From: Eledone cirrhosa
Taxonomy: Eukaryota
Direction of reading: 5' to 3'
Length of the DNA stretch: 64,000 nucleotides
Assembly: GCA_964016885.1 (NCBI GenBank)
Contig: CAXHJY010000988.1
Coordinates: 102,147-166,146, forward strand
The notes beneath the pieces were generated by a model. The model did not search any database, was not told where the DNA came from, and saw nothing but the letters and a program-made list of their open reading frames with translations. Made by a program: the position numbers and the translations under genes. Positions 29,339 to 41,697 of the stretch are shown here, piece by piece; position 1 is the stretch's first letter; the number at the start of each line of letters is the position of its first letter.

Positions 29339-29461
29339 AGTTTTAATATAGATGAGAATCTACAGGACTAGAACTGTTTCATTCATTAGAAATGAGATTC
29401 CTGATGATTTCTAATGAATGAAACAGTTCTAGTCCTGTAGATTCTCATCTATATTAAAACT
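29339..29461. repeat. 55-bp perfect inverted repeat overlapping an HHR-like core
   Basis: Arms 29339-29393 and 29407-29461. CTGATGA-T-TTC-taat-GAA-T-GAAAC starts at 29401. Flanked by (TA)n. Confidence 0.8.
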
Positions 29462-29507
29462 ATATATATATATATATATATATACATATATATATGTATA
29501 TATATTT

Positions 29508-29705
29508 AGGCACAAGCCAGCAATTTTGGGAGATTGGAAAGTTGATTAAATTGACCCCAGTGCATTACTGGTACTTTATTTTATTGACCCTGTAAGGATG
29601 AAAGGTAAAGCTAAGCTCGGTAAGATTTGAACTCAGAATGTAAAGGGACACAACTCTATAATTCAAAGCATGTTCCCCGATGCTCTACCAACACTGCCAA
29701 TCTAC
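29508..29705 (-). mobile_element. SINE
   Basis: Reverse copy of the 16930 family, with a B-box-like gagttcaaat on the minus strand. Confidence 0.6.
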
Positions 29706-29749
29706 CACTCTTGTTATTGTTGTTATAATAATTGTTTTAGTTGTTATTG

Positions 29750-29763
29750 TAGTTATTGATGCT

Positions 29764-29802
<39 letters not shown>

Positions 29803-29826
29803 TTTATTGATGCTGTAGTAGTAGTT

Positions 29827-29893
<67 letters not shown>

Positions 29894-29941
29894 TAGTAGC
29901 AGTAGTAGTAGTAGTAGTAGTAGCAGCAGCAGCAGCAGCAA

Positions 29942-30011
<70 letters not shown>

Positions 30012-30050
30012 TATTGATGCTGTAGTAATAGTAGTTGTAGTAGTAGTAGT

Positions 30051-30100
<50 letters not shown>

Positions 30101-30110
30101 TAGTAGCAGC

Positions 30111-30164
<54 letters not shown>

Positions 30165-30212
30165 TATTGATGCTGTAGTAGTAGTAGTTGTAGTAGTAGT
30201 AGTAGTAGTAGT

Positions 30213-30247
<35 letters not shown>

Positions 30248-30257
30248 TAGTAGCAGC

Positions 30258-30293
<36 letters not shown>

Positions 30294-30295
30294 TA
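29750..30295. repeat. (GTA)n/(GCA)n compound trinucleotide repeat
   Basis: Directly visible. Recurring ttattgatgctgta separators. Confidence 0.95.
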
Positions 30296-30899
30296 CTTTA
30301 GGTGTCTTCAGCAGTCCAGAGACAATTCTGTTGTAAATATTCAGGAGAGATATTTGATCTGAGGATAGAGTGATGCACTGCTTTCTATTGCAGTATCAAG
30401 TAACTTATGGTTTCTTCCACACTTTCCCACTCATCTGTCTTGGATGTTTTGAAACAGATCAAACATGAAATAAAGCTAGAAAAAGATTCAACAATTGATT
30501 TGAAAAGCTACAAAGCTAACGCAGCCAGAGGGAAATACAACATAAAAATATGGAGTTGAGAGTCATGTAGGGACATCATGTTAACAGAGGGGATCAAACA
30601 GCATCACTCGCTCTCTTTCTCTCACTCTCTCTCTCTCTATATATATAAGGACAAAAAGACAGTTCAGTACTATATGAACACGCCAGACAACAACATGGTG
30701 GTAACATAGACAACATAGAAATTAAAATAATATCTAAACATAGAAATGACCCAGCAGATAGGCAAATCAGAGAGGCCAGTGAAATAGAACTTAGAAGGCC
30801 AAAGCTAAACAGAAAGAATGAATGGAATAACAACACCCAAATAAACAATACTGACTTAAGAGAAATATAAACGAATAAATAAATAAATATATACACAAG

Positions 30900-31183
30900 T
30901 TCAATTCTCAGACTGATGTGTTGTTTCCTTGAGCAAGGCACTTTATTTCACATTGCTCCAGTTTACTTAACTGTAGAAATGAGATGATAGGGACTGGGGT
31001 CCCTATCATTCCACTGCAAAGTGGTCGTGGAGGTGCCACAGCAAAAAAGCACCCAGCACTCACTGTAAATGAGGTTGGTGTTAGGAAGGGCATCCAGCTG
31101 TAGAAATCAAGCCAGAATCAGTTCCCGTCCCACCCTTGCAAGCAGGGAAAAGTGGACGTAAAATGAAATGAAAGTGATGATGA
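30900..31183 (+). mobile_element. SINE (CORE-like middle, RTE-type tail)
   Basis: gttcaattc...ccttgagcaaggcactttatttcac...ttaggaagggcatccagc...ggacgtaaaa..tgatga. Confidence 0.75.
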
Positions 31184-31393
31184 CAAGCACAATAACAAAA
31201 AACACATATAAACACACCCTAGTAAAGATAGAATAACCAAAACACAGTCACCCGAACGCGAACACACACCAAACACTATACACACACGCAAACGAATGCG
31301 CAGAGAAGAAGACAAAAATAAATAAATAAATAAATAAACAGATAAAATAAAAATGGCGTAGACATACACTACAACAGGAGGAAACATAATAGT

Positions 31394-31435
31394 ACCACTG
31401 ATGATGTCACAGATGTGAAATGAAAGAACTTTGTT
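31394..31435 (+). ncRNA. Hammerhead ribozyme, family A' (partly decayed)
   Basis: acca-CTGATGA-T-gtCACAgaTGTGaaat-GAAAGAACTT-tgtt, with the same GAAAGAACTTTG end as family A. Confidence 0.5.
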
Positions 31436-32004
31436 AGACTATATATCAGAAACCACTATAACAACAATAACAACTCCAACAAAGAGAGGTGGCATGGTAA
31501 AAATTTAGGAAATTGCTTAAAAGACTATATTTGAATTAGATTTTTTAATGTTAAAACAGAGGTTCTCAAAGTAGGCACTACTGATTCCCCCCCCCCCCCC
31601 CCCCCCACACACACACAGAGTGTTGAGAAGGTCAAGAGGGGGCACTGGAGCCTGAGGTGTGGGGGGGGGGGGGGGAGATAGAGATGATATAATAGTATAT
31701 TAAATATGAAATGATACATATATAAATATGGTAAAATAAAAAATACATAATATTTATTTATACATAGTATATAGTATATTATTTCGTTTCTGAATTTGTT
31801 TAACAAGATTCTTTATCTGAAAACGTGTGTTGAAACCGATATTGTTATACTTTGGGAGGGTCATGTTGCCAATAAGAGACACATGCACCAGTTGCTTTCA
31901 CTTCAATTTATTGTAATAAATTTATAAATTTAGGAATTTATAAATTTCCGGTTGGTTGGTTGGTTGGTTGGTTGGTTCCACAACCAGATGATTGTTTATA
32001 TATT

Positions 32005-32047
32005 GTCAAAGTTCTTTCGTCACACAATCTGTGACCTCTTCAGTGAC
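32005..32047 (-). ncRNA. Type I hammerhead ribozyme (family A)
   Basis: Minus strand: GTCA-CTGAAGA-G-GTCACA-gattg-TGTGAC-GAAAGAACTT-TGAC. Confidence 0.75.
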
Positions 32048-32250
32048 AGGGGATTCTTTTCTTAGTTTTTGTGCCTCTCCTTTGTTCTGTCCTACGCCAT
32101 CTTGTTTTTGTGTGTGTTGTGTGCTTAGTTTGCGCATGTGTTACATCCGGGTGTCTGTGTGTGTTTATATTTGTTTATTTATTGGTTTATTTACATGTTA
32201 CTGGTTGGTTGTTTGTTCTATGTGTGTGTGTGTGTGTTTTCATTTTGTCC

Positions 32251-33860
32251 TTAATTGTAAGTTGTGATGTTGCTGTTCCATTCATGTTTTCTATTTAATT
32301 TTGGTTGGAGTTCATTTATGTTTATTGCCTCTGTGATTTGTCTAAACATTGCGTCTTTTGTGTGTGTAGATTCTATTTTTATTTCTATGTTCTCTAATTT
32401 GCCCTTATGTTCTATTTTAGCATGTTGGTAGTACAGATGATTATTTATTATCTTGAAGGTCTCGCCAGTGTTCATTTATCCGTTCCCCTATACTACGGGC
32501 TGTCTCACCTATGTACACTATATTCTTACCTCTACATTGTCCTTCAGTCAGTACATCTTATGCTATATACTACATTTCTAGTTTTACAGTTAATATGGGG
32601 GCTTAATTTACAGATTATACATTTCTTATCTATACAGGGAGGTCTTTGAAAAGGGTATGTATTGCTAATAAGTGTTTTTATGGAGGTACCTGGTCTTTCT
32701 AGTATCTTAATATTGAGTTTATGTTTATCTAGGGCCCTTCTAAATTTGTAAGCTAATTCACCTCTAGGGGTTGTATCGATGAACATTACACTCTGGTATT
32801 TATTGCTATCATACCATGAGTTTATTCTATTAACCTTATTCCTTGTTCTTTCTATTCTATTCCAAAATTTGCTCCTATACAAGGGGCAGGTCCCATTTGT
32901 GTCATTATTTATCATTTTTTCCCATTTGGTTCTGGCTCCTCTATATACTCTGATTTTATCTCTCTGATTGTAACCAGAGAACTGCATATGGTGGATGAAG
33001 TGTTGTATGTGTCTCTCTAGTTCTTCGGAGTTGCACATGTGGGACACGTTTCTCATCACCCATACTAAATCCGCAATTAGTATGTTGATTTTGGTATGGT
33101 CCGAAACAGCTGAGTTTCAGTGGATCAGATATTTGGAAGTCATGGGTTTGGCATAATGGGAATGGAGGATTTGTTTTTTGTTATTAATGGTTTCTAACCA
33201 GACCTCTGTGTCTAGTACAGGTAATCGATGGTTGGGGTGTTTGCTTGGGTAGTCTATAGTAACTCTAATACTCTGGTGGATGGAGTTAGCTATTTGCTGG
33301 ATGCTTTCCATTGTGTTTTTCTCTAGTTCCTGACTGTTCTCTAGTGGGGGTGTTTTAACTAAGATGTTTATATCATCTACGTAGCGGGAGTACATTATCA
33401 GGGTTAAGGGGTCTTCTAATTGTTCTTTAAGTTTAAGTTTAAGTCTACTGTCCCACCATACTATGAATAGGTTAGCTATGTCGCCTGCAATGCTAACACC
33501 AATGGCTGCTCCCTCCTCTTGGGCATATGTTTTTCCATTAAATTTGAACATATGTTCCTTAAGGGTTAATTTTATGCTGGCCCCCACCGCATGTGCAATC
33601 ATTTTCTTTAGTTCATCATGGTTTTCGGGGGTCTGTATGGCTCTGGTCCACCTGTTCCATCTATCTATGTGGGTTTTCTTGGCCATTGAGGTAATGGTAG
33701 GTGTCTACATCATCATATGGGCATTGAGAGCCTTTTCCCTATCCTCATGCTCTTGTGGTATTACTTCGCTTGTGTTAGTGATGTGGGGTTGCATTGCCTG
33801 GATGTAGTTTGACAGACTGTCAACCGACATTCTGCCAGACTTGTCTGTTGGACAAATATA
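32251..33860 (-). pseudogene. PLE RT-GIY-YIG pseudogene (left, inverted arm)
   Basis: Minus-strand ORFs 33705-33860 (ICPTDKSGR), 33117-33686 (YSRYVDD), 32544-33059 and 32251-32475. Confidence 0.9.
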
Positions 33861-35787
33861 ATGCAGCCCAACAAAAGGACTGCCAACAACTTCCAGGCCT
33901 GGAACAATGACGTGCCAGCGTTGTATGGGCTTCGAAAAGACCATAAAACGAGCAGTGACCCTGTCACAGGGCCACCAACACGGCCGGTCTATGGAGCTAA
34001 CATTGCTAGTAACTACAGACTGTCCTACTTCCTCTCCCTGATCATACGCCCCATCATTGAAATGTCCCCAGATGTATGTGACAGCACGGAGGTCCTCCTC
34101 AGCAGAATCGGCGAGAGTAACCGATCTAGGGACCTAACAAACTGCATAATAGGTAGTATGGATGTTGTGTCCCTGTATCCATCTATTGACGTGGATTTTG
34201 CTGTGGAGAAATGCATAGAAATGTTGAATTCCATGGGATTGATACCAGTGAGCTGGGACACCTACTTAAACTTACCTATAGTAATAATTATCTAGACACA
34301 TATGACCTTAGCAACCTGTGCCCTACAAGACCAGCAAGAGGCAGACCACCTACCAATGGCCAAGAAAACCCACACAGATAGATAGAACGGGTGGACCAGA
34401 GCCATACGGACCCCCGAAAACCATGATGAACTAAAGAAAATGATTGCACATGCGGTAGGGGCCAGCATAAAACTAACCCTTAAGGAACATATGTTCAAAT
34501 TTAATGGAAAAACATATGCCCAAGAGGAGGGAGCAGCCATTGGTGTTAGCATTGCAGGCAACATAGCTAACTTATTCATGGTATGGTGGGACAGTAGACT
34601 TAAACTTAAACTTAAAGAACAATTAGAAGACCCCTTAACCCTGATAATGTACTTCCACTACGTTGATGATATAAACATTGTAGTTAAAACACCCCCACTA
34701 GAGAACAGTCAGGAATTAGAGAAAAACACAATGGAAAGCATCCAGCAAATAGCTAACTCCATCCACCAGAGTATTAGAGTTACTATAGACTACCCAAGCA
34801 AACACCCCAACCATCGATTACCTGTACTAGACACAGAGCTCTGGTTAGATACCATTAATAACAAAAAACAAATCCTCCATTCCCATTATGCCAAACCCAT
34901 GACTTCCAAATATCTGATCCACCGAAACTCAGCTGTTTCGGACCATACCAAAATCAACATACTAATTGCGGATTTAGTATGGGTGATGAGAAACGTGTCC
35001 CACATGTGCAACCCCGAAGAACTAGAGAGACACATACAACACTTCATCCACCATATGCAGTTCTCTGGTTACAATCAGAGAGATAAAATCAGAGTATATA
35101 GAGGAGCCAGAACCAAATGGGAAAAAATGATAAATAATGACACAAATGGGACCTGCCCCTTGTATAGGAGCAAATTTTGGAATAGAATAGAAAGAACAAG
35201 GAATAAGGTTAATAGAATAAACTCATGGTATGATAGCAATAAATACCAGAGTGTAATGTTCATCGATACAACCCCTAGAGGTGAATTAGCTTACAAATTT
35301 AGAAGGGCCCTAGATAAACATAAACTCAATATTAAGATAGTAGAAAGACCAGGTACCTCCATAAAAACACTTATTAGCAATACATACCCTTTTCAAAGAC
35401 CTCCCTGTATAGATAAGAAATGTATAATCTGTAAATTAAGCCCCCATATTAACTGTAAAACTAGAAATGTAGTATATAGCATAAGATGTACTGAAGGACA
35501 ATGTAGAGATAAGAATATAGTGTACATAGGTGAGACAGCCCGTAGTATAGGGGAACGGATAAATGAACACTGGCGAGACCTTCAAGATAATAAATAATCA
35601 TCTGTACTACCAACATGCTAAAATAGAACATAAGGGCAAATTAGAGAACATAGAAATAAAAATAGAATCTACACACACAAAAGACGCAATGTTTAGACAA
35701 ATCACAGAGGCAATAAACATAAATGAACTCCAACCAAAATTAAATAGAAAATATGAATGGAACAGCAACATCACAACTTACAATTAA
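33861..35787 (+). pseudogene. PLE RT-GIY-YIG pseudogene (right arm)
   Basis: ORFs 33861-34295, 34440-35597 and 35563-35787, with stops and frameshifts. Confidence 0.9.
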
Positions 35788-35990
35788 GGACAAAATGAAA
35801 ACACACACACACACACATAGAACAAACAACCAACCAGTAACATGTAAATAAACCAATAAATAAACAAATATAAACACACACAGACACTCGGATGTAACAC
35901 ATGCGCAAACTAAGCACACAACACACACAAAAACAAGATGGCGTAGGACAGAACAAAGGAGAGGCACAAAAACAAAGAAAAGAATCCCCA

Positions 35991-36033
35991 GTCACTGAAG
36001 AGGTCACAGGATGTGTGATGAAAGAACTTTGAC
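35991..36033 (+). ncRNA. Type I hammerhead ribozyme (family A)
   Basis: GTCA-CTGAAGA-G-GTCACA-ggatg-TGTGAT-GAAAGAACTT-TGAC, with a G-U pair at the base of stem II. Confidence 0.7.
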
Positions 36034-37316
36034 AATATATAAACAATCATCTGGTTGTGGAACCAACCAACCAAACGGAAATTTATAAATTCCTAAATTT
36101 ATAAATTTATTACAATAAATTGAAGTGAAAGCAATTGGTGCGTGTGTTTCTTATTGGCAACATGACCCTCCCAAAGTATAACAATTATATTATTTATTAT
36201 ATATAAATTAACAATTTTATTTATTTTATATTATTTACAATTTGTGTTTAAGCAAGCCTTGCTGGAAATAGGGAGGGGGTGCTGAGGGTATTACATGGCC
36301 ATGAGTGGAAGGGGGGAGCGAAAAGTTTGAGAACCTCTGTGTTAAAATCACTAAAATATTTGATACTCATATAACATGGCTTTCTCTATAATTTTGTTTA
36401 CTGTTGCATGTATATTACTAACACACTCTTAAAAAGTACTAACTCACCTCAGACAAGGTGAATGATTCATTTTTTAAAGATTTTCATATAAATCACTATG
36501 GCTAAATTTATTGTATTCAACAATAATTTTAAAAAATATAGTGAGAAGGTGTGAGTGTGTAGGATATTTATCTGAGCAAATACATTACTCATAGGTGAAT
36601 AATTGTGATTATCTGACCAGTAAGTTAATAGGATTGATGTTATAAAGAATATGAATTTTAAGATTAAATAATGTATGTATGAATCTGTAACTCTTGATGG
36701 AGTCATGGAAAAATGATAGTGGCACTTTTAACCTGGTGGAGCCCATCCCTTCTCCAATTCTGAACACAGCAGATTTCTTCCAAAGAAGGAGAGAAAAAAC
36801 GATAAAGTGGAAATGAGAAATATATATAGAAAAATAATCAACCCTGGTACTAGACTGGTACTTTATTTATCAACCCCAAAAGTGAATAGCAAAGCACAGG
36901 ATTAAGAAGCTAGCAGATGTATCTAGCAAAGAAATGCGTTAAAAATATGAGCTATTATCCTTGTCCCTTTTGGTGCAGAAGCACCTGAAACCACCCTTGG
37001 TTCTTTGATACATAGATGTATATTTTAAAATTTTATATTCATCTAAAAACCTTCCATCATAATTATATGTAAGAATCTCTGTTAAATTATGTTACAAACA
37101 ACTTAAATAGAAATGTAGATATGTTACTAAATCCCTCCAAATTCTTTAATATTTTCAAAATGATTTGAAAACTTTAGGCAGTATCATTCTTTAGAAATAT
37201 GGTAGTATCATAATCAGTTATATGGTCAAGGGAGATGTATTGTAGATGAGCAATTACAGAGACATTTAATCATTACACTAAGTTTAAGGGTTGAGGTCCG
37301 TCTGAAATAGTACATA

Positions 37317-37644
37317 CAGTGGATTCTCAGTTCCCGAACTTAATTCCTTTCTGAAGGCCATTTGTCACTCGAAATGTTTGTAAGCTGAAACTATTTTTTC
37401 CATATGAAATGTTGAGAGAAATACAGTGAGAGGGAGACTGTGTGTGAAAGACAGATAGATATCATCATAGTAACTAACTACACAGCAAGTAACACTTTCC
37501 CACTGATACTCCAAGCTTGTTGCCAACTGTTGTTGCTGGCTTGTGTGATTGTTACTTGAGACACTGTTCATCATCTGAGACATTTTATGTTTGGAAAAAT
37601 TGTTCGTCAGCCGATTTCTTCATTCGTGAACAGAGGTTCCACTA
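37317..37644. mobile_element. pogo/Tigger-like MITE
   Basis: TA-cagtggattctcagttc ... gaacagaggttccacta-TA imperfect TIRs. Confidence 0.5.
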
Positions 37645-38619
37645 TATTTCCTCTTCTCATTGAAACATAATGTACCTCATTGTTTTGGCATTATGATAAT
37701 CTATTACCTTTTATTTAAGATGGTTGATTGAGTCAATATTTAATGTAAGATAAGCTGGGTACATGGTAATAAAAATTAAAGAAGTGTATGGCTATCTTTT
37801 CTCACCATGGCTAGCCTTTAATTTGCTCTGATCAAAATCATTATCACAATAATCCAACAATACTCAGTTAATCCGATTTTAGTACAACTTATAGCAAATA
37901 CTTATGTGCACATAAGTAAGTACTAAAATTATACCATCAGAAATTAGTAGCAACTATAAAATAAATATTGGAATTTTCTTTTATTTCATAAGGCGGTAAA
38001 TAGAATTTCTGTTGTAACAATACCATTTTCAAATACTTTATTGGCAAAGAACAAACAATTCAAACTAAAAAAATCTTCATAACAAGATCATTGGTTTACT
38101 TTTTCTGAAAATGGTTATTTTATTTTATATATTTTTCATTATACCATTTTGAATAAACCTTTTGAAAGATAAGTAGTAGTTGCTATTTATTTGAAAAAGT
38201 CTAAAGAGCTTCTATGCTGGTTGGTAATAAAACAGCTGACCTCCTCCTCCGTAAAATTGGAATGGCAGCAGCCCATCTGAGGAAGGAGCCCCGCGGGGTG
38301 GGGGTGGCTGTTGCAGTAGGTGCTACTGGCCATTGTCCATGGAAATGCCTTTGTCCACAAGACATCAGCCGAAACACAGCTCTGACCTAGGTGTAGAGTC
38401 TGTCACCTTCTCCCATTCCCCCTTTCTTTCATTGCCTAATAATCCTTGCTCTTTCTCTCTTTTTCCTCTCATTTATAGCATTTATAGTTCTTTCCAATAC
38501 TTCTTTCTTTTTCTATATTTTTGACTAAATATTAAATTCTTTATTATTTGCATGTGATTTTATCCTAGGAATATATGTGAGTATTTAAACAACAAACATT
38601 TCTATCTGATTATAAAATG

Positions 38620-39050
38620 GTGAAGGTACATGGCTTAGTGGTTAAAGCATTGGGCTTGCAATCGGTTGTGAGTTCGATTCTCGGACCGGGTGATGTGTTG
38701 TGTCCTTGAGCAAGACACTTTATTTCACGTTGCTCCAGTTTACTCAGCTGTAGAAATGAGTTGCGATCCTGCCACATCAATGGATGACAGTAGTTCCAGT
38801 TGCACGCATCGTAAGACTGGTGTAGTGGTTCTGAGAACAATGCAGCTTTGCAGATGATCAATGCAAATTGACAATGGAAAGGTTCTCCCACTCGAGTTAG
38901 AAGAGGACTATTGACATTCAGGAGAAGCAGTGACCCCTGATTGTATTCAGCAACTGAAACAAATAAGAAGTACACCAAATCCAATGTTCCTAGGGGTGGC
39001 TCTGGTTCCTCTTATTTGTGAGTGTAAACTCGGCCAGATTAGATTAGATT
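38620..39050 (+). mobile_element. tRNA-derived SINE with Pol III A/B boxes
   Basis: A box TGGCTTAGTGG, B box GAGTTCGATTC, CORE-like tgtccttgagcaagacactt, (AGATT)n tail. Confidence 0.8.
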
Positions 39051-39506
39051 ACAAAACTGCTTCCTGAGCCCGATCAGGTAAATGTTTTATTGTAAAAAAT
39101 TGAAGTGTCTCTTGGGGTTTTGAAAACGAAAAAAGAAAGGGAAAAGCAAGGACTCTAGGGTAACAGAAGAATGGGAGAGTGATGGGGAGGGTGATGGGGG
39201 AGGGTGATGGGCTCTGGGCCTAGGGCGCAGTGGTATTGGGACTCTGCTCCATGGACAAGACCAATGACAGTTCCAGATCTAAAAGAGATTAAAAAAATCA
39301 AAACCCAGTGAAGAATACAAGATTTAAATCTTAAGACTAAAGACATTTCTGAGAATCTAAAAATATGGTATTTTTAAGAGGGAATACTCTGGTAACATGG
39401 AAGGGATCAAACTGGAGAAAATTGAACCAGAAAAAAACTTAGAATTAAAGTGTTTAAATGCAGAGAGTAAAGTGAAAAAACAAGGAGGTACTGTGGGTCA
39501 TTGCAT

Positions 39507-39887
39507 ACAAGGGTCAGCTGAAAAGTTTACAGGTTGACCAAGATAATCTCATGAAATGACCAAATGAGGTTTATTTTTCCTTCATAGTCAGCGTATGAAC
39601 TTTTCAGCCGACTGTGTGTCACATTTAACTTGGTACTTTGTACACCCCACATTTCTATGTGGGGTGTACTTTGGTATACACCACACAAACGAGGGTCGGT
39701 TGAAAAGTTCATAAGCGGACCAAGATACTCTCATGGAATGACCAAATGAGGTTTATTTTTCTACATAGTCCTTGGAAAGAAACACTGCAGTTATTAATAA
39801 GAAGACTTGAAATTAATGCCTGCAATATTTCACAGCCCTAGCATTACTCCTTCATAGTCAGCCTATGAACTTTTCAGCTGACCTTCG
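39507..39887. mobile_element. Two mariner-type MITEs (39507-39615, 39690-39887)
   Basis: TIRs cgagggtcggttgaaaagttcata / tatgaacttttcagctgaccttcg. Related copy at 41877-42000. Confidence 0.75.
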
Positions 39888-40097
39888 TACATGTCAGTGT
39901 AAACAAAAATGAAAATAAAATTATGAATAAAGTTATGAAACTGATGCTGCATGAAATAAATATACATTATATTTTATAGAAATATTCTGAGATATCTGCA
40001 AATGACATTAAATTCAAAGGTGCAAGTTATATTAATATTCATAAACATTCATAAATATTTATGCACTTATATATATACATGTGTGTGTGTGTCTGAG

Positions 40098-40280
40098 TAA
40101 AGGTATGTAGCTTAGTGGTTAGGGTGCTATGCTCTCATAAGGTCATGAGTTCAATTCCTTCACTGGGTAATATACTCTGTCCTTGAGCAAGATACTATAT
40201 TTCCAGTTATGCCTGTCCACTCAGCTAGAAAAAAGGTTTCTGTCAACACTGGTGTTAGGCTGTATTAGCCTTTGCTTTTT
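40098..40280 (+). mobile_element. tRNA-derived SINE head fragment
   Basis: tagcttagtggttagggtg...gagttcaattc...tgtccttgagcaagatact. Confidence 0.65.
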
Positions 40281-40283
40281 CCC

Positions 40284-41697
40284 TTAACCCTTTAGCATTT
40301 TAACCAGCTATATCCAGTCAGAATTCTCTCACCTCTTTCTGTTTAAACCTGCCGTAGCTAGCTACTCATACTCATGTTAAAGTATTGTTCTAAAAATAAA
40401 TAATATCAAAATCTCATAGATTCGATATTATGTGAGGTAAAGCCTTTACTGTGACAATACAATAGTACATATAGAGTAATATAAATGGTATGTGAGATAT
40501 TATGTGAGGTAAAGCCTTTACTGTGACAATACAATAGTATATAGAGTAATGTAAATGTTATGTGAGATATTATGTGAGGTAAAGCCTTTACTGTGAAAAT
40601 ACAATAGTATATATAGAGTAATGTAAATGTTATGTGAGATATTATGTGAGGTAAAGCCTTTACTGTGTCAATACAATAGTATATAGAGTAATGTAAATGT
40701 TATGTGAGATATTATGTGAGGTAAAGCCTTTACTGTGAAAATACAATAGTATATAGAGTAATGTAAATGTTATGTGAGATATTATGTGAGGTAAAGCCTT
40801 TACTGTGAAAATACAATAGTATATATAGAGTAATGTAAATGTTATGTGAGATATTATGTGAGGTAAAGCCTTTACTGTGTCAATACAATAGTATATAGAG
40901 TAATGTAAATGTTATGTGAGATATTATGTGAGGTAAAGCCTTTACTGTGAAAATACAATAGTACATATAGAGTAATATAAATGGTATGTGAGATATTATG
41001 TGAGGTAAAGCCTTTACTGTGACAATACAATAGTATATAGAGTAATGTAAATGTTATGTGAGATATTATGTGAGGTAAAGCCTTTACTGTGACAATACAA
41101 TAGTATATAGAGTAATGTAAATGTTATGTGAGATATTATGTGAGGTAAAGCCTTTACTGTGAAAATACAATAGTACATATAGAGTAATATAAATGGTATG
41201 TGAGATATTATGTGAGGTAAAGCCTTTACTGTGACAATACAATAGTATATAGAGTAATGTAAATGTTATGTGAGATATTATGTGAGGTAAAGCCTTTACT
41301 GTGAAAATACAATAGTATATATAGAGTAATGTAAATGTTATGTGAGATATTATGTGAGGTAAAGCCTTTACTGTGAAAATACAATAGTATATATAGAGTA
41401 ATGTAAATGTTATGTGAGATATTATGTGAGGTAAAGCCTTTACTGTGAAAATACAATAGTATATATAGAGTAATGTAAATGTTATGTGAGATATTATGTG
41501 AGGTAAAGCCTTTACTGTGAAAATACAATAGTATATATAGAGTAATGTAAATGTTATGTGAGGTAAAGCCTTTACTGTGAAAATACAATAGTATATATAG
41601 AGTAATGTAAATGTTATGTGAGATATTATGTGAGGTAAAGTCTTTACTGTGAAAATACAATAGTAAATATAGAGTAATGTAAATACTAAAGGGTTAA
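40284..41697 (+). mobile_element. piggyBac-type TTAA MITE carrying an internal tandem array
   Basis: TTAA-ccctttagcattt ... aaatactaaaggg-TTAA. The flanks match the unexpanded copy at 48902-49114. Confidence 0.85.
40424..41683. repeat. 70-72-bp minisatellite, ~18 copies
   Basis: Unit gatattatgtgaggtaaagcctttactgtgaaaatacaatagtatatatagagtaatgtaaatgttatgtga. Confidence 0.95.

Larger units (their letters stand above)
30645..31530 (+). mobile_element. 5'-truncated PLE (sister subfamily) interrupted by a SINE
   Basis: KGQKDSSVLYEHARQQHGGNIDNIEIKIISKHRND..RQIREA..I...PKLNRKNEW is homologous to 35590-35770. The 3' UTR resumes after the SINE and carries an HHR. Confidence 0.75.
31785..36185. mobile_element. 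Palindromic (head-to-head) Penelope-like element insertion
   Basis: ~1.85-kb inverted arms (31840-33690 vs 34355-36185). RT motifs PTDKSG, LYGLRKDHK, TRPV, SMDVVSLYPSI, QEEGAAIG and YVDD; GIY-YIG NVVYSIRC/VYIGET. Candidate 10-bp TSD tatattattt. Confidence 0.92.
31557..36339. mobile_element. hAT-type MITE split by a PLE insertion
   Basis: Perfect 14-bp TIR cagaggttctcaaa / tttgagaacctctg. Identical 8-bp TSD TGTTAAAA at 31549-31556 and 36340-36347. Confidence 0.88.

Noticed and set aside
29680-30336. Poly-Val/Ala ORF (also poly-Ala/Thr at 17476 and Phe/Lys-rich at 2953-3251)
   Set aside because: Microsatellite translations.
36690-36790. Similarity to 48850-49190 as a possible duplicated exon
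   Set aside because: No ORF or splice pattern. More likely an old interspersed repeat, interrupted by the TTAA MITE in the second copy.
38620-38690. tRNA gene
   Set aside because: A/B boxes are present, but there is no proper cloverleaf and a SINE body follows.
39174-39220. G-quadruplex-like GGG runs
   Set aside because: Short degenerate repeat with no functional context.
40424-41683. CRISPR array or 206-aa repeat protein
   Set aside because: No spacers; the unit derives from a MITE.
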